A DNA stretch of 64,000 bases, taken from the NCBI GenBank assembly GCA_038881595.1, contig JAVZPM010000002.1:64001-128000 (forward strand). The letters run 5' to 3'. A program made the position numbers and the translations under genes. The notes below the pieces were generated by a model. It did no database searches. It saw only the letters and a list, made by a program, of their open reading frames with translations, and was not told the DNA's origin. Each line of letters opens with the position of its first letter. Positions within the stretch are counted from its first letter, which is position 1. This stretch comes from Candidatus Micrarchaeia archaeon. Lineage in GTDB: Archaea > Micrarchaeota > Micrarchaeia > CABMEP01. This document shows positions 41,101 through 50,403 of this stretch, piece by piece.

Positions 41101-42195
41101 TTATCTGGTTATCTTTGCATTTTCAATTACCTGTTTTGTTTCTGCAGCTTCCTTATTTTTCTTGAAATATTCTCTGATCGGTTCAAGTATTTCTATTAAA
41201 TTTTCTGCAATTGAATTTTTAAGATCCATCGGATGAAGTTTTCCTTGAGAATAAATATTTGTTAGTTCCTCAAAAGACTGAATCTCAATCTTCCCTCCAA
41301 ATTTGGCAGGTCTTTCTATTATCATTTCATTTTTTTCTCTAAAGATGACGTGTTTTGCAAGATCCATCATTGGATTATTTTCGACTTCCTTTTCTGGACA
41401 GAATGCCTTTGAAATCTTTATTCTTATATCTTCTGGTTCATCATAAATGAATATTGCTGTATTCGGTTTTGATTTTGACATCTTTACTGCACTTAGTGCT
41501 TCCTTTCTTTCAGTTGGATTTTTTGGCAAAGGCCAAATTGGAGGTTTTACAAGACCTTGCAATAGATGGTGATGGACAGGAACAGGTTTCCAGAATCCTA
41601 TCTTTTCTCCAACCTCCATTGCAACTACATTTGCCTTTCTCTGGTCCATTCCTAATTGAGGAATCTGAACACCAAAATGAAATATGTCTGCAACCTGCAT
41701 TGGAGTGTAAAGAAGAGAAGCAAGTTTCAAACCTTCGCTTTCTTTTCTTCCAGCTATTTCCAATGTTCTTATTCCTCTTGCAAGTGTCATTTCTTTCGCA
41801 ACCTTTACAACTATCTCCCAGTAATCAAGGTCATCATAAAGTTGGTCTGGCCAGATGAATTCTATTTTATCTTCAGGCACTCCTAATGAGACCCATGAAT
41901 GCTTAAAGTGAAGAGCAGCCTTCTTAATTAATTCTCTGTCTCCACCAAGCTTGTCATTGATCCAGGCATGCCAAGTTGCAAGATATACCTTGAATTTTAT
42001 TCCTGCCTGAATGAAATCCTTCATTTTGTAAGAACATATCAAACCAGTTCCTAGATGAACTTTTCCCGATGGTTCAAATCCATTATATGCTACTGGCCTG
42101 TCGTTTGTCTCTAGAAGTTCTCTTAATGCCTGGATAGTTATAATTTCATCTGTAGGTGATCTTGCAATCAGTTCAATTTTTGTTTCAATATCCAT
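41101..42195 (-). CDS. tyrS: Tyrosine--tRNA ligase (archaeal type)
   Basis: YNGFEPSG.VHLG, YTPMQVAD, GMDQRK, KMSKS, LHPMDLK. Confidence 0.96.
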   Translation of the reverse strand: MDIETKIELIARSPTDEIITIQALRELLETNDRPVAYNGFEPSGKVHLGTGLICSYKMKDFIQAGIKFKVYLATWHAWINDKLGGDRELIKKAALHFKHSWVSLGVPEDKIEFIWPDQLYDDLDYWEIVVKVAKEMTLARGIRTLEIAGRKESEGLKLASLLYTPMQVADIFHFGVQIPQLGMDQRKANVVAMEVGEKIGFWKPVPVHHHLLQGLVKPPIWPLPKNPTERKEALSAVKMSKSKPNTAIFIYDEPEDIRIKISKAFCPEKEVENNPMMDLAKHVIFREKNEMIIERPAKFGGKIEIQSFEELTNIYSQGKLHPMDLKNSIAENLIEILEPIREYFKKNKEAAETKQVIENAKITR

Positions 42196-42304
42196 AAGCT
42201 ATTTTTCTAGCTAAGACTTATAAATATTTAACAGCTAAAGAAAGATATAAAAATTAATTTATACAAATATATCTGAACATTCAAAATTTTTATTAGGTGA
42301 TTAT

Positions 42305-42418
42305 TTGGGTTCTAGACCAAGAAAATGGAAGAAAAAAGGAAAAATGAGATGGAAATGGATCAAGAAGAGAAGAAAGAAAATGAGAAGAATGCAAAAGAGA
42401 AGAGTAGGAGAACTGTAA
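42305..42418 (+). CDS. rpl41e: Ribosomal protein eS32/eL41 (37 aa, not in ORF track)
   Basis: TTG start after AGGTGA RBS; MGSRPRKWKKKGKMRWKWIKKRRKKMRRMQKRRVGEL carries the family MRWKWIKKR core. Confidence 0.88.
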   Translation: MGSRPRKWKKKGKMRWKWIKKRRKKMRRMQKRRVGEL

Positions 42419-42427
42419 GGTGTTTTT

Positions 42428-42538
42428 ATGACAAGAAGCTTCATAAAAAACATGTCTTCATGGTTCAAGTCAACTTTTTGGGATAGGGTTTTCTCTAAAA
42501 AAACCAGAATCATATTCCAAAAAGAAAAAAACACCTAA
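42428..42538 (+). CDS. Putative 36-aa small protein
   Basis: ATG preceded by AGGTG, 9 nt after the eS32 stop; MTRSFIKNMSSWFKSTFWDRVFSKKTRIIFQKEKNT. Confidence 0.35.
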   Translation: MTRSFIKNMSSWFKSTFWDRVFSKKTRIIFQKEKNT

Positions 42539-42638
42539 ACAGTACTATAAAGGAAAAGAACGCCAACAAATCTCTTCCATGAAAAAGAAAAGATAATTTT
42601 TTAGATTTTTATTTTATATTTTTAAATCGGCGTGTCTT

Positions 42639-43445
42639 ATGGTAAAAAGATCAATAAAAATAAAAGGTAAATCTGCAAAAAGCAATACTCATTCTAATTC
42701 TTCAAAAAAGGAATACAGCCTTTATAAGCTTATAACAAGCAGAAATATCGGTGCATTGTCTGAAAAGGAACAGGATATTCTTTTTAATGCAAAGATTGCA
42801 GTTGTCGGCTGCGGTGGTCTTGGAGGGATTGCTATAGATCTCCTTGCAAGGGCAGGAGTTGGAAACCTGACCATTGCAGATGGAGATGTATTTGAAATTT
42901 CAAATCTAAACAGACAGATCTTTAGTAGCTATTCAGTAATTGGCAAAAAGAAAGTGGATATAATAAAGAAAAGAGTATTAGATATTTCTCCTTCGACTAA
43001 GATTAAAACTTATGACAAATTTGTTGATTCAGAAGAAGCAGCGTTTAATCTATTGAAAGGTCATGATGTAGTAGTTGATGGTTTAGATAATGTTCTTTCA
43101 AGAATCTATCTTTCAAGAGCAGCAAAGGACTTGCAGATACCTTATGTCTTTGGTGCAGCAGAAAAGACGAGAGGATATTCAACCATATTCCTTCCAAAAG
43201 GTCAGAGCTACGAATCAATATTCATGCTTCCTTCAAATGGTAAGAAAATAGATGAAAAATTGAAAGAAAGGTTGCAAAAGGCAGGGGGCTGTTATTCCAT
43301 ACTTGGCATAACTGCAAATATCATAGGTTCAATAGAAGCAATGCAGACCATTAATCTTCTCTTAAATAAGCCATATGTGTGCGCTCCAGATTTTATTCAT
43401 TTTTCTTTATTTGATTCAGTTCCATTTAGAATTTCACCTCTCTAA
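42639..43445 (+). CDS. ThiF/MoeB/UbaA family E1-like adenylyltransferase
   Basis: VVGCGGLG, ADGDVFEISNLNRQ, VVVDGLDN. Confidence 0.9.
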   Translation: MVKRSIKIKGKSAKSNTHSNSSKKEYSLYKLITSRNIGALSEKEQDILFNAKIAVVGCGGLGGIAIDLLARAGVGNLTIADGDVFEISNLNRQIFSSYSVIGKKKVDIIKKRVLDISPSTKIKTYDKFVDSEEAAFNLLKGHDVVVDGLDNVLSRIYLSRAAKDLQIPYVFGAAEKTRGYSTIFLPKGQSYESIFMLPSNGKKIDEKLKERLQKAGGCYSILGITANIIGSIEAMQTINLLLNKPYVCAPDFIHFSLFDSVPFRISPL

Positions 43446-43489
43446 TCAAAACAACTTTAACTCAAATAGTTAATTAAATTAGTGATTTT

Positions 43490-44320
43490 ATGAAATTTGG
43501 CACAGCTGGAGTTCCAATCTCATGTGAAAAAAGAGATTCAATTTCTGGAATAGAATGTGTTTATAACTTAGGTTTAGATGCATTTGAGTTAGAATTCGTG
43601 CATGGATGTAGAATGAATGAAGGAAGTGCCAAGGAAGTAGGACAGATTGCTAAAAAATATAACATAGTTCTAAGCGCTCATGCTTCTTATTACTTGAATC
43701 TACTTTCTGAAGAAAAGCTGAAATATAAGAAAACAGTAGATGAAATAATTAAGACAGCAAAGATACTTCATATCGCAGGAGGAGACAGGCTAGTGTTTCA
43801 TCCTGGTTTTTTCTTAAAGATGGGTCATGATAAGGCATATGAGCGAATGAAAGGAGAATTTAAGTCTCTTGCAAAGCAGATAAAAGAAAATAATTTTCAT
43901 GTTCATCTTGCTCCAGAGACAACTGGAAAACCAACTGCATTCGGTTCATTTGAAGATCTTTTTTCTCTTGCAGAAGAAATTGGATATGATTTAATAAGGC
44001 CAACGATTGATTGGGCACACATGCATGCAAGAGAAAATGGAAGGTTTAGAACAAAAGAAGATTATGTTAAGGTATTAGAGTTTGTAGAGAAAAAAGTAGG
44101 AAAAGAAGGATTAAAGACACTTCATTGTCACATGTCATCAATCAACTTCACTTCTAAAGGAGAGAGGAATCATCTTACAATGGATAATGACATTCCTCCA
44201 GTCAAACCTCTTTTTGAAGCATTACATGAATTCAAATGCGACGGTGTGATAATATCTGAATCACCAAACATTGAAAAAGATGCAATATATATGAAGAGAT
44301 TATTCAATTCTATAAAGTAG
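43490..44320 (+). CDS. nfo: Endonuclease IV family (AP endonuclease 2, TIM barrel)
   Basis: LSAHASYYLNL, VFHPG, PETTGK, IDWAH, HCHMS, ISESP. Confidence 0.88.
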   Translation: MKFGTAGVPISCEKRDSISGIECVYNLGLDAFELEFVHGCRMNEGSAKEVGQIAKKYNIVLSAHASYYLNLLSEEKLKYKKTVDEIIKTAKILHIAGGDRLVFHPGFFLKMGHDKAYERMKGEFKSLAKQIKENNFHVHLAPETTGKPTAFGSFEDLFSLAEEIGYDLIRPTIDWAHMHARENGRFRTKEDYVKVLEFVEKKVGKEGLKTLHCHMSSINFTSKGERNHLTMDNDIPPVKPLFEALHEFKCDGVIISESPNIEKDAIYMKRLFNSIK

Positions 44321-44395
44321 ATACATTCTATAAATATTATTTGCGTCACAATTGATTGGACATCACTTTTTTAAATTATATCACTAAATCATTTT

Positions 44396-45610
44396 ATGGC
44401 AAAGAGAATCAAACCTTCTGGCAAATCTAAATCAGTAGGTCCAAAGAGGCCTAGATCTTTAATTTCAAAACGCATTCCTGAGAGCAGGAGTGAAAGAAAA
44501 GATCTTGTTTTCATGGATTATGCATCATCTACACCAATACGCGAAGAAGTTTTAGAGGCAATGCAACCATATTTTAAATATAAGTTCGGAAATCCATCAT
44601 CCCTTCATTCTTATGGCCGTGATGCAAAGTTGGCAATAGAACAATCAAAGGAAATAATTGCAAAGACAATTAATGCATCACCAGATGAAATTGTTTTCAC
44701 CTCAGGTTCAACAGAATCTTCAGTTCTTGCAATAAGAGGAGTAGCCAAAGCAAAGATCGCATATGGTAGTCATATATTATCTTCAGCAATAGAACACGAT
44801 CCAGTTTTTTCAACATGTAAATCACTAGTTACAGAAGGTTATACCCTTTCAAGTCTTCTTGTAGATGTTGATGGAATGATAAGTATAGCGGATTTAAGAT
44901 CAAAGATAACTCCAAAGACAATACTTGTGTCTATACAGCATTCAAACGGAGAGATAGGAACAATTCAGCAGATAGAGGACGTAGGAAGAATAACTAAAGA
45001 AAAAAACGTGACTTTACATACCGATGCAACATTTTCTTATGGCTGGGTTCCATTAGATGTAAAAAAGATGAATGTAGATCTAATGAGTTTCGATGCACAC
45101 CACTCTTATGGTCCTAAGGGAATAGGTGCACTCTATGTAAAGAACGGAACTCCTATAAAGCCGATATTTCCAAATAGAGAGAACATTCTCCGCCCAGGTA
45201 CACTAAGTGTTGCATCTATAGTAGGTTTTGCCGTTGCAGCAGAGTTAGCACATAAGGAAATGAGTAAGACTCAAAAGAATCTAATTAAGCTTCAAAAGAT
45301 GTTCATTGATTATGTAGAAGAAAACATAAAATTCGTGAAACTTAATGGTCATCTTACAAAAAGATTGCCAAATAATGTCAACTTTAGTTTCAGTGGGATA
45401 ACCGGTACGGAACTTGTTAAGCAACTCGAGGAGAAAGGATTTATTACCTCAACTTGCATAGATTGCAGAGTTCTTGAGGCGATAGGTGTCAAGGGAGAGA
45501 AATTTACTGGATCTGTAAGATTTACATTTGGAAAAGACACAACTCCTGAAGAAGTAAAAAGTTTGTCTATAACATTGAAGTCACTAGTGGAAACAGCGAG
45601 ACAGGGCTAA
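44396..45610 (+). CDS. Cysteine desulfurase-like protein, degenerate (PLP Lys replaced by His)
   Basis: DYASSTP, FGNPSSLH, IVFTSGSTES, NGEIGTIQ; AHHSYGPKG in place of SxHKxxGPKG. Confidence 0.85.
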   Translation: MAKRIKPSGKSKSVGPKRPRSLISKRIPESRSERKDLVFMDYASSTPIREEVLEAMQPYFKYKFGNPSSLHSYGRDAKLAIEQSKEIIAKTINASPDEIVFTSGSTESSVLAIRGVAKAKIAYGSHILSSAIEHDPVFSTCKSLVTEGYTLSSLLVDVDGMISIADLRSKITPKTILVSIQHSNGEIGTIQQIEDVGRITKEKNVTLHTDATFSYGWVPLDVKKMNVDLMSFDAHHSYGPKGIGALYVKNGTPIKPIFPNRENILRPGTLSVASIVGFAVAAELAHKEMSKTQKNLIKLQKMFIDYVEENIKFVKLNGHLTKRLPNNVNFSFSGITGTELVKQLEEKGFITSTCIDCRVLEAIGVKGEKFTGSVRFTFGKDTTPEEVKSLSITLKSLVETARQG

Positions 45611-45661
45611 CGTATTTAATTTTTTATCTATTTTTAATTTAATTTGATAATTTGTGATTTA

Positions 45662-47767
45662 ATGGTTGGAATAAAAGAAGTTCAAAAAAGAGACGGTTCA
45701 ATAGTGAAATTTGATCAATCTAAAATCACAAATGCAGTTTACAAAGCAACTGAGGCTGCTAAAACGCCAGATATGAAATTTGCACAAAAGATTTCAGATA
45801 GAGTGGTTAAAAAACTATCTGCTATTTTTAAAAATAAAATACCTTCAGTTGAAGAGATACAAGATATCGTTGTAGAGGAACTTTTAAAGGAGAATAAAAA
45901 AATTGCAAAACTTTACATCAATTACAGGAGGGAGAGAGCAGAGATAAGAGAAAAGAAAAAAGTTCTTTTTGGCGTTTATGATGATCTTAAATTAGATCTA
46001 AATGCAACTAAGGTATTAGCTTCAAGATATCTACAGAAGGATGTTAGCGGAAAAATTATAGAGACTCCAAAGCAAATGTTTAAACGAGTCGCAAAGAAAA
46101 TTGCAGAATCAGATCGTATTTATGGAGAAGATGTGAAAAAATCAGAAAAAATTTTCTATGAAATGATGAGTAATCTTGAATTCCTACCAAATTCACCAAC
46201 TTTAATGAATGCAGGAACGAGATTAGGACAGCTTTCTGCGTGTTTTGTTCTTCCAATAGATGATTCTTTAGAAAGTATTTTTGAGACATTGAAGTATGCA
46301 GCCCTTATACATCAAAGTGGAGGAGGGACTGGTTTTTCATTTTCAAAAATTAGGCCAAAAGGTGACTTAGTACGTTCTACAATGTCAATTGCATCAGGTC
46401 CTGTTTCATTCATGAAGATATATGATGCGATGACAGAAACGATAAAACAAGGGGGAAGAAGACGCGGTGCAAACATGGGTGTTCTTAGATGTGATCATCC
46501 AGATATAATTGAATTTATTAATTCCAAAAAACAAGGTGGACTGAAAAACTTTAACATTTCAGTAGCAGCAACAGATAATTTCATGAAAGCAGTTCAAAAA
46601 GATGACGATTATGAATTAATAAATCCAAGAACTGGGGAAGTAACTAAAACAATCTCTGCAAGGGAAGTTTTTAATCTTGTAGCTGAGCAAGCTTGGGAAA
46701 TAGGTGACCCGGGTCTTATATTTATAGATAGAATTAATAAATTACATCCATTAAGAAAAATTGGAGAAATAGAGGCTACAAATCCTTGTGGTGAGCAGCC
46801 TTTATTACCATATGAATCTTGTAATTTAGGAAGCATAAATCTTACTAAATTCATACTTTCAGATGGAAGTGATTTTGATTGGGATAGATTAGAAATTGCA
46901 GTTCAAAACGCAGTGCATTTTTTAGACAATGTTATTGATGCAAATTCAATTCCTATTCGTGAAATAGACCAAGTTACAAAAGCAAATAGAAAGATAGGAT
47001 TAGGTATAATGGGATGGGCAGATTCTCTCATTCTTCTTGGAATTAGATACGATAGTAAAGAAGCGATTTTAATGGCTGAAAAGCTAATGAGATTTATAAG
47101 ACAGATATCATATAATACTTCTATAGATCTTGCAAATGAAAGAGGAAGCTATCCTAATTTTAAGTTTTCGATTTATCCATCAAAATATAAGCGATTAAGA
47201 AACGCAACATTAAATACTATTGCACCAACAGGTTCACTTTCAATAATTGCAGGTGTATCTTCTGGAATCGAACCTTTATTTGCAGTTGCTTATTATAGAC
47301 AAGTTCTAGAAAATATGAAGCTAATAGAAATAAACAGAATCTTTCATTCTATGTCTATTGAAAGAGGTTTCTATAGCAGATCATTAATGGAAAAGATCTC
47401 ACATGGTTTATCAATACAGAAAATGAGTGAAATTCCAAGGGATGTAAGAGATTTGTTTGTTACTGCTTATGATATTGAACCTATATGGCATTTAAAAATG
47501 CAAGCAGCTTTCCAAAAATATGTTGATAATGCAGTTTCAAAAACAATAAATTTACCTTATGAAGCGACCGTTGAAGAGGTACAGGATATTTATATGAAAG
47601 CTTATGAATTAGGAATAAAGGGAATAACAATCTATAGATATGGAAGTAAAACAGAACAAGTTATATATTTAGGTCTTCCAAAAGAAGCTAGTGAAGAGCA
47701 GAAAAGAAAGATTACTGTTTCTTCTGAATTTGCAGGTCACTGTTCTTCAGGTATTTGTCAAATTTAA
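45662..47767 (+). CDS. nrdJ: Class II (adenosylcobalamin-dependent) ribonucleotide reductase with ATP cone
   Basis: VQKRDG ATP cone, PNSPTLMNAG, LSACFV, TNPCGEQ, CNLGSINL, APTG, C-terminal Cys pair. Confidence 0.93.
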   Translation: MVGIKEVQKRDGSIVKFDQSKITNAVYKATEAAKTPDMKFAQKISDRVVKKLSAIFKNKIPSVEEIQDIVVEELLKENKKIAKLYINYRRERAEIREKKKVLFGVYDDLKLDLNATKVLASRYLQKDVSGKIIETPKQMFKRVAKKIAESDRIYGEDVKKSEKIFYEMMSNLEFLPNSPTLMNAGTRLGQLSACFVLPIDDSLESIFETLKYAALIHQSGGGTGFSFSKIRPKGDLVRSTMSIASGPVSFMKIYDAMTETIKQGGRRRGANMGVLRCDHPDIIEFINSKKQGGLKNFNISVAATDNFMKAVQKDDDYELINPRTGEVTKTISAREVFNLVAEQAWEIGDPGLIFIDRINKLHPLRKIGEIEATNPCGEQPLLPYESCNLGSINLTKFILSDGSDFDWDRLEIAVQNAVHFLDNVIDANSIPIREIDQVTKANRKIGLGIMGWADSLILLGIRYDSKEAILMAEKLMRFIRQISYNTSIDLANERGSYPNFKFSIYPSKYKRLRNATLNTIAPTGSLSIIAGVSSGIEPLFAVAYYRQVLENMKLIEINRIFHSMSIERGFYSRSLMEKISHGLSIQKMSEIPRDVRDLFVTAYDIEPIWHLKMQAAFQKYVDNAVSKTINLPYEATVEEVQDIYMKAYELGIKGITIYRYGSKTEQVIYLGLPKEASEEQKRKITVSSEFAGHCSSGICQI

Positions 47768-47814
47768 TTTTGAATTAAACATTATCCTGAAAACTTTTTT
47801 GTTTCTTTGTGCGT

Positions 47815-48432
47815 TCATTCGCTTTCTTCATCTTTATCTCCTTTTCTTTTCTGATATCTGCCTCTCTTCTCTATTTCATCCATTTGTCTTACTACTTTTT
47901 TCCATTCTTTAAATGTTTTGTACCCTTCTAAAAAATGTTTGAAATTTTTTCCTATCGATCTTTTCATTAATAAAACATCTATTGCTCTCTCTTCTGGATC
48001 ATTTGAAAATTCTGCTAAACCAAAATCTATAATATATGGTTCGTTTTTTACAAACATTACATTCGCTGGGGTGAAGTCACCATGTGTTATTCCTATTGAA
48101 TGAAGTTTAGATAGTATCTTTCCGACTTCTTTGTAATCCTTAGTAGAATTTTTTCTATCTTTCATTAATTTTCCTTCAAGCCTTTCAAGAATCAACTCGT
48201 ATCTGCCGGCATGATATATTTTTGGAACATTTATACTACTTTTTAATGCATGAAGTATACATCTTGCTTCTGTTTTGTTCCTCATTTTTCTAAGTATTTC
48301 ATCTAATTCGCTTATTCTGTATTCTTTTTTGTCTCTAACTTTTACAACAACAGGAAGACCGAATAATTCAGAGAAATAGACTTTTGCTTCTGCACCTCTG
48401 CTTTTGTAATTCTTTTGTTTACTTTGGCTCAC
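47815..48432 (-). CDS. bud32: KEOPS kinase Bud32
   Basis: RGAEA, KVR..KEYR...LD, HGDFTPAN, IIDFGL, EKRGRY. Confidence 0.93.
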   Translation of the reverse strand: MSQSKQKNYKSRGAEAKVYFSELFGLPVVVKVRDKKEYRISELDEILRKMRNKTEARCILHALKSSINVPKIYHAGRYELILERLEGKLMKDRKNSTKDYKEVGKILSKLHSIGITHGDFTPANVMFVKNEPYIIDFGLAEFSNDPEERAIDVLLMKRSIGKNFKHFLEGYKTFKEWKKVVRQMDEIEKRGRYQKRKGDKDEESE

Positions 48433-49115
48433 TCTTCTCCCTTCTTTTCTTTCAGAACAGTCGGTCCTCTCTTTAAAAATTCACCCAAGCTCTTTGCTCC
48501 GCTTTTTGTTATGATGTAAGAACCTGTGAATACTATTGCTGCGACAAATGGATTTAATCCGAGTGCCAATGCGCCTATGCTTCCTCCGCCTATCAAGGGT
48601 AAAGAGGGTGAAGTGAGCAACTCGGCTATTTTTTCACTTAGCGTAGGTGGCGTTTTAGTGAATGGATTTATTTCTATTAATGTCTTTCCATTCTTCATAA
48701 TCCTTACAGCACCATCTTCTTCACTTGAGATTATAGAAATAGTTCCTGGCACTTCAGATATTCCAAGTGCAGCGCTATGTCTTGTGCCATGTCCTTTGTA
48801 ATGTTTCGTTTTTTTAATTTGGGCTCCATATGCAATAAGATATCCTTCTTCGTCAATTATTATTGCACCATCAAGTTCAGCAAGCTTCTTTATTACTGGA
48901 AGTATTTTTTTATTGTTTATTTTAACCTTAGTCTTTTCAAGTATATCTGTATATAACCATGAATAATATGGTTTAAGATTTCTATTAGTAATTATGAAGA
49001 ACGAACCTTTTTTTTCCTGTCCAAATTCCATTGCTAGATCAATAACTAACTTAACAACGTTCTTCTCTAAATCTATGTCATTAATTATCTTTTCTTTAGT
49101 TTTTTTATCTACCAT
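48429..49115 (-). CDS. Diadenylate cyclase (DisA_N/DAC) domain protein with C-terminal hydrophobic segment
   Basis: ELDGAIII (DGA), GHGTRHSAA, SEEDG motifs. Confidence 0.85.
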   Translation of the reverse strand: MVDKKTKEKIINDIDLEKNVVKLVIDLAMEFGQEKKGSFFIITNRNLKPYYSWLYTDILEKTKVKINNKKILPVIKKLAELDGAIIIDEEGYLIAYGAQIKKTKHYKGHGTRHSAALGISEVPGTISIISSEEDGAVRIMKNGKTLIEINPFTKTPPTLSEKIAELLTSPSLPLIGGGSIGALALGLNPFVAAIVFTGSYIITKSGAKSLGEFLKRGPTVLKEKKGEE

Positions 49116-49223
49116 TATTTCCCTCTAAAGCAATCTAATATCTATCGTATCAAATTGGTCGTATATTATTAATTAGTAGACAAACGTATATAAACTTTAA
49201 TACTATTTTTTAAAATTTGCAAG

Positions 49224-50222
49224 CTATTTCCATTTTACTAAAAATTCATCAGTTCTGAACTTAGGTTTTGGAATGATTTTGTTTGGAGATAAAAGGTATT
49301 TTCTTTGATTATTCTCATCTAATTTCGATATTAGATAACCGACATATGCAATCATTCCACCATTATCTGCATTGAATTCATTTGGTGCTACTCCGAATTT
49401 ACAGTTCCATTCTTTTGCCATTTCTGAAAGCATTTTTTGCAATCTTTTATTTTGCGCAACCCCTCCACAGATCGTTATTTCTTTTTTTCCAGTTAACGCT
49501 AGTGCTCTTTCTGTTATTTCACACAATGCTGCATACGATGTTTCTTGTAATGAGTAGCATATATCTTCTATTTTCTCTTTTCCTATTAGTTTTTCTGAAT
49601 GTGTCAATATCCCGCTGAATGAAGCATCCATTCCTTTTACAGAATATGGCATTGGTATATACTTCTTTCCATTCAGGGCTTTTTCTTCCACATCTTTTGC
49701 ATTTTTTAACCCTGCAGATCTTGCAAATGTATCTAACATATTTCCAATTCCAATATCAAGTGTTTCTCCAAGAATATGATATTTATTTTCCTTCTTAATA
49801 AGTATCTGTGTATTTCCACCACTTACGTAAAGAACAAGAGGATCTTTAAATCCAGTGAAATATTTAGAGATCTCTATATGTGCAACACAGTGGTTAACAC
49901 CTACAACAGGTTTATTGAATGAAATTGTAAACGTTCTTGCTGCTATAGATGAGATTCTTAGACAAGGCCCTATTCCTGGTCCCTGAGAGAATGATATTAA
50001 ATCAACATCTTGTAATTTAATTCCAGCTTTTTTAAGAGCCGTTTCCATCACTTGTTGGAATGCATCTGCATGGTGATCTGCTGTCTTTCTTGGATGGATT
50101 CCATACTCAAAAAGCATACTTTTTTCGTTTGCAATTATTCTTCCATTTTTCACTATACCTACTCCTAGTGTATGTGCAGTACTTTCAATTCCTAGTACTA
50201 CTTTTATTCTATTCAGCTTCAT
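49224..50222 (-). CDS. kae1: KEOPS t6A threonylcarbamoyltransferase Kae1
   Basis: LGIESTAHTLG, SQGPG, VNHCVAHIE, LYVSGGNTQ, GETLDIGIGN, DNGGMIA. Confidence 0.96.
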   Translation of the reverse strand: MKLNRIKVVLGIESTAHTLGVGIVKNGRIIANEKSMLFEYGIHPRKTADHHADAFQQVMETALKKAGIKLQDVDLISFSQGPGIGPCLRISSIAARTFTISFNKPVVGVNHCVAHIEISKYFTGFKDPLVLYVSGGNTQILIKKENKYHILGETLDIGIGNMLDTFARSAGLKNAKDVEEKALNGKKYIPMPYSVKGMDASFSGILTHSEKLIGKEKIEDICYSLQETSYAALCEITERALALTGKKEITICGGVAQNKRLQKMLSEMAKEWNCKFGVAPNEFNADNGGMIAYVGYLISKLDENNQRKYLLSPNKIIPKPKFRTDEFLVKWK

Positions 50223-50280
50223 ACCTACCTATTCATCTTTAATCCGAGCAATTTAAATTGTTTTCTGGTTTATTTATATT

Positions 50281-50350
50281 AGATGATGACAATGGATGAA
50301 TCTGAGTTCTAGTTTGCTAGGACAGTGACGAATGATTGGCGGTCTGATAA
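50281..50350 (+). ncRNA. Box C/D guide sRNA
   Basis: C ATGATGA (50283-89), 12-nt guide, D' CTGA (50302-05), 7-bp hairpin, C' GTGACGA (50325-31), 12-nt guide, D CTGA (50344-47); intergenic. Confidence 0.85.
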
Positions 50351-50403
50351 AATGAATCATTAAATTATTATATCTTTAAATTTCTTTTTGTCAATATAAC
50401 TTC

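Noticed and set aside
42301..42534. Minus-strand 77-aa ORF
   Set aside because: Antisense shadow of the eS32/eL41 gene
45662..47767. Inteins in RNR (also considered for RNAP subunits and LonB)
   Set aside because: Protein lengths are normal and no intein terminal or LAGLIDADG motifs were seen
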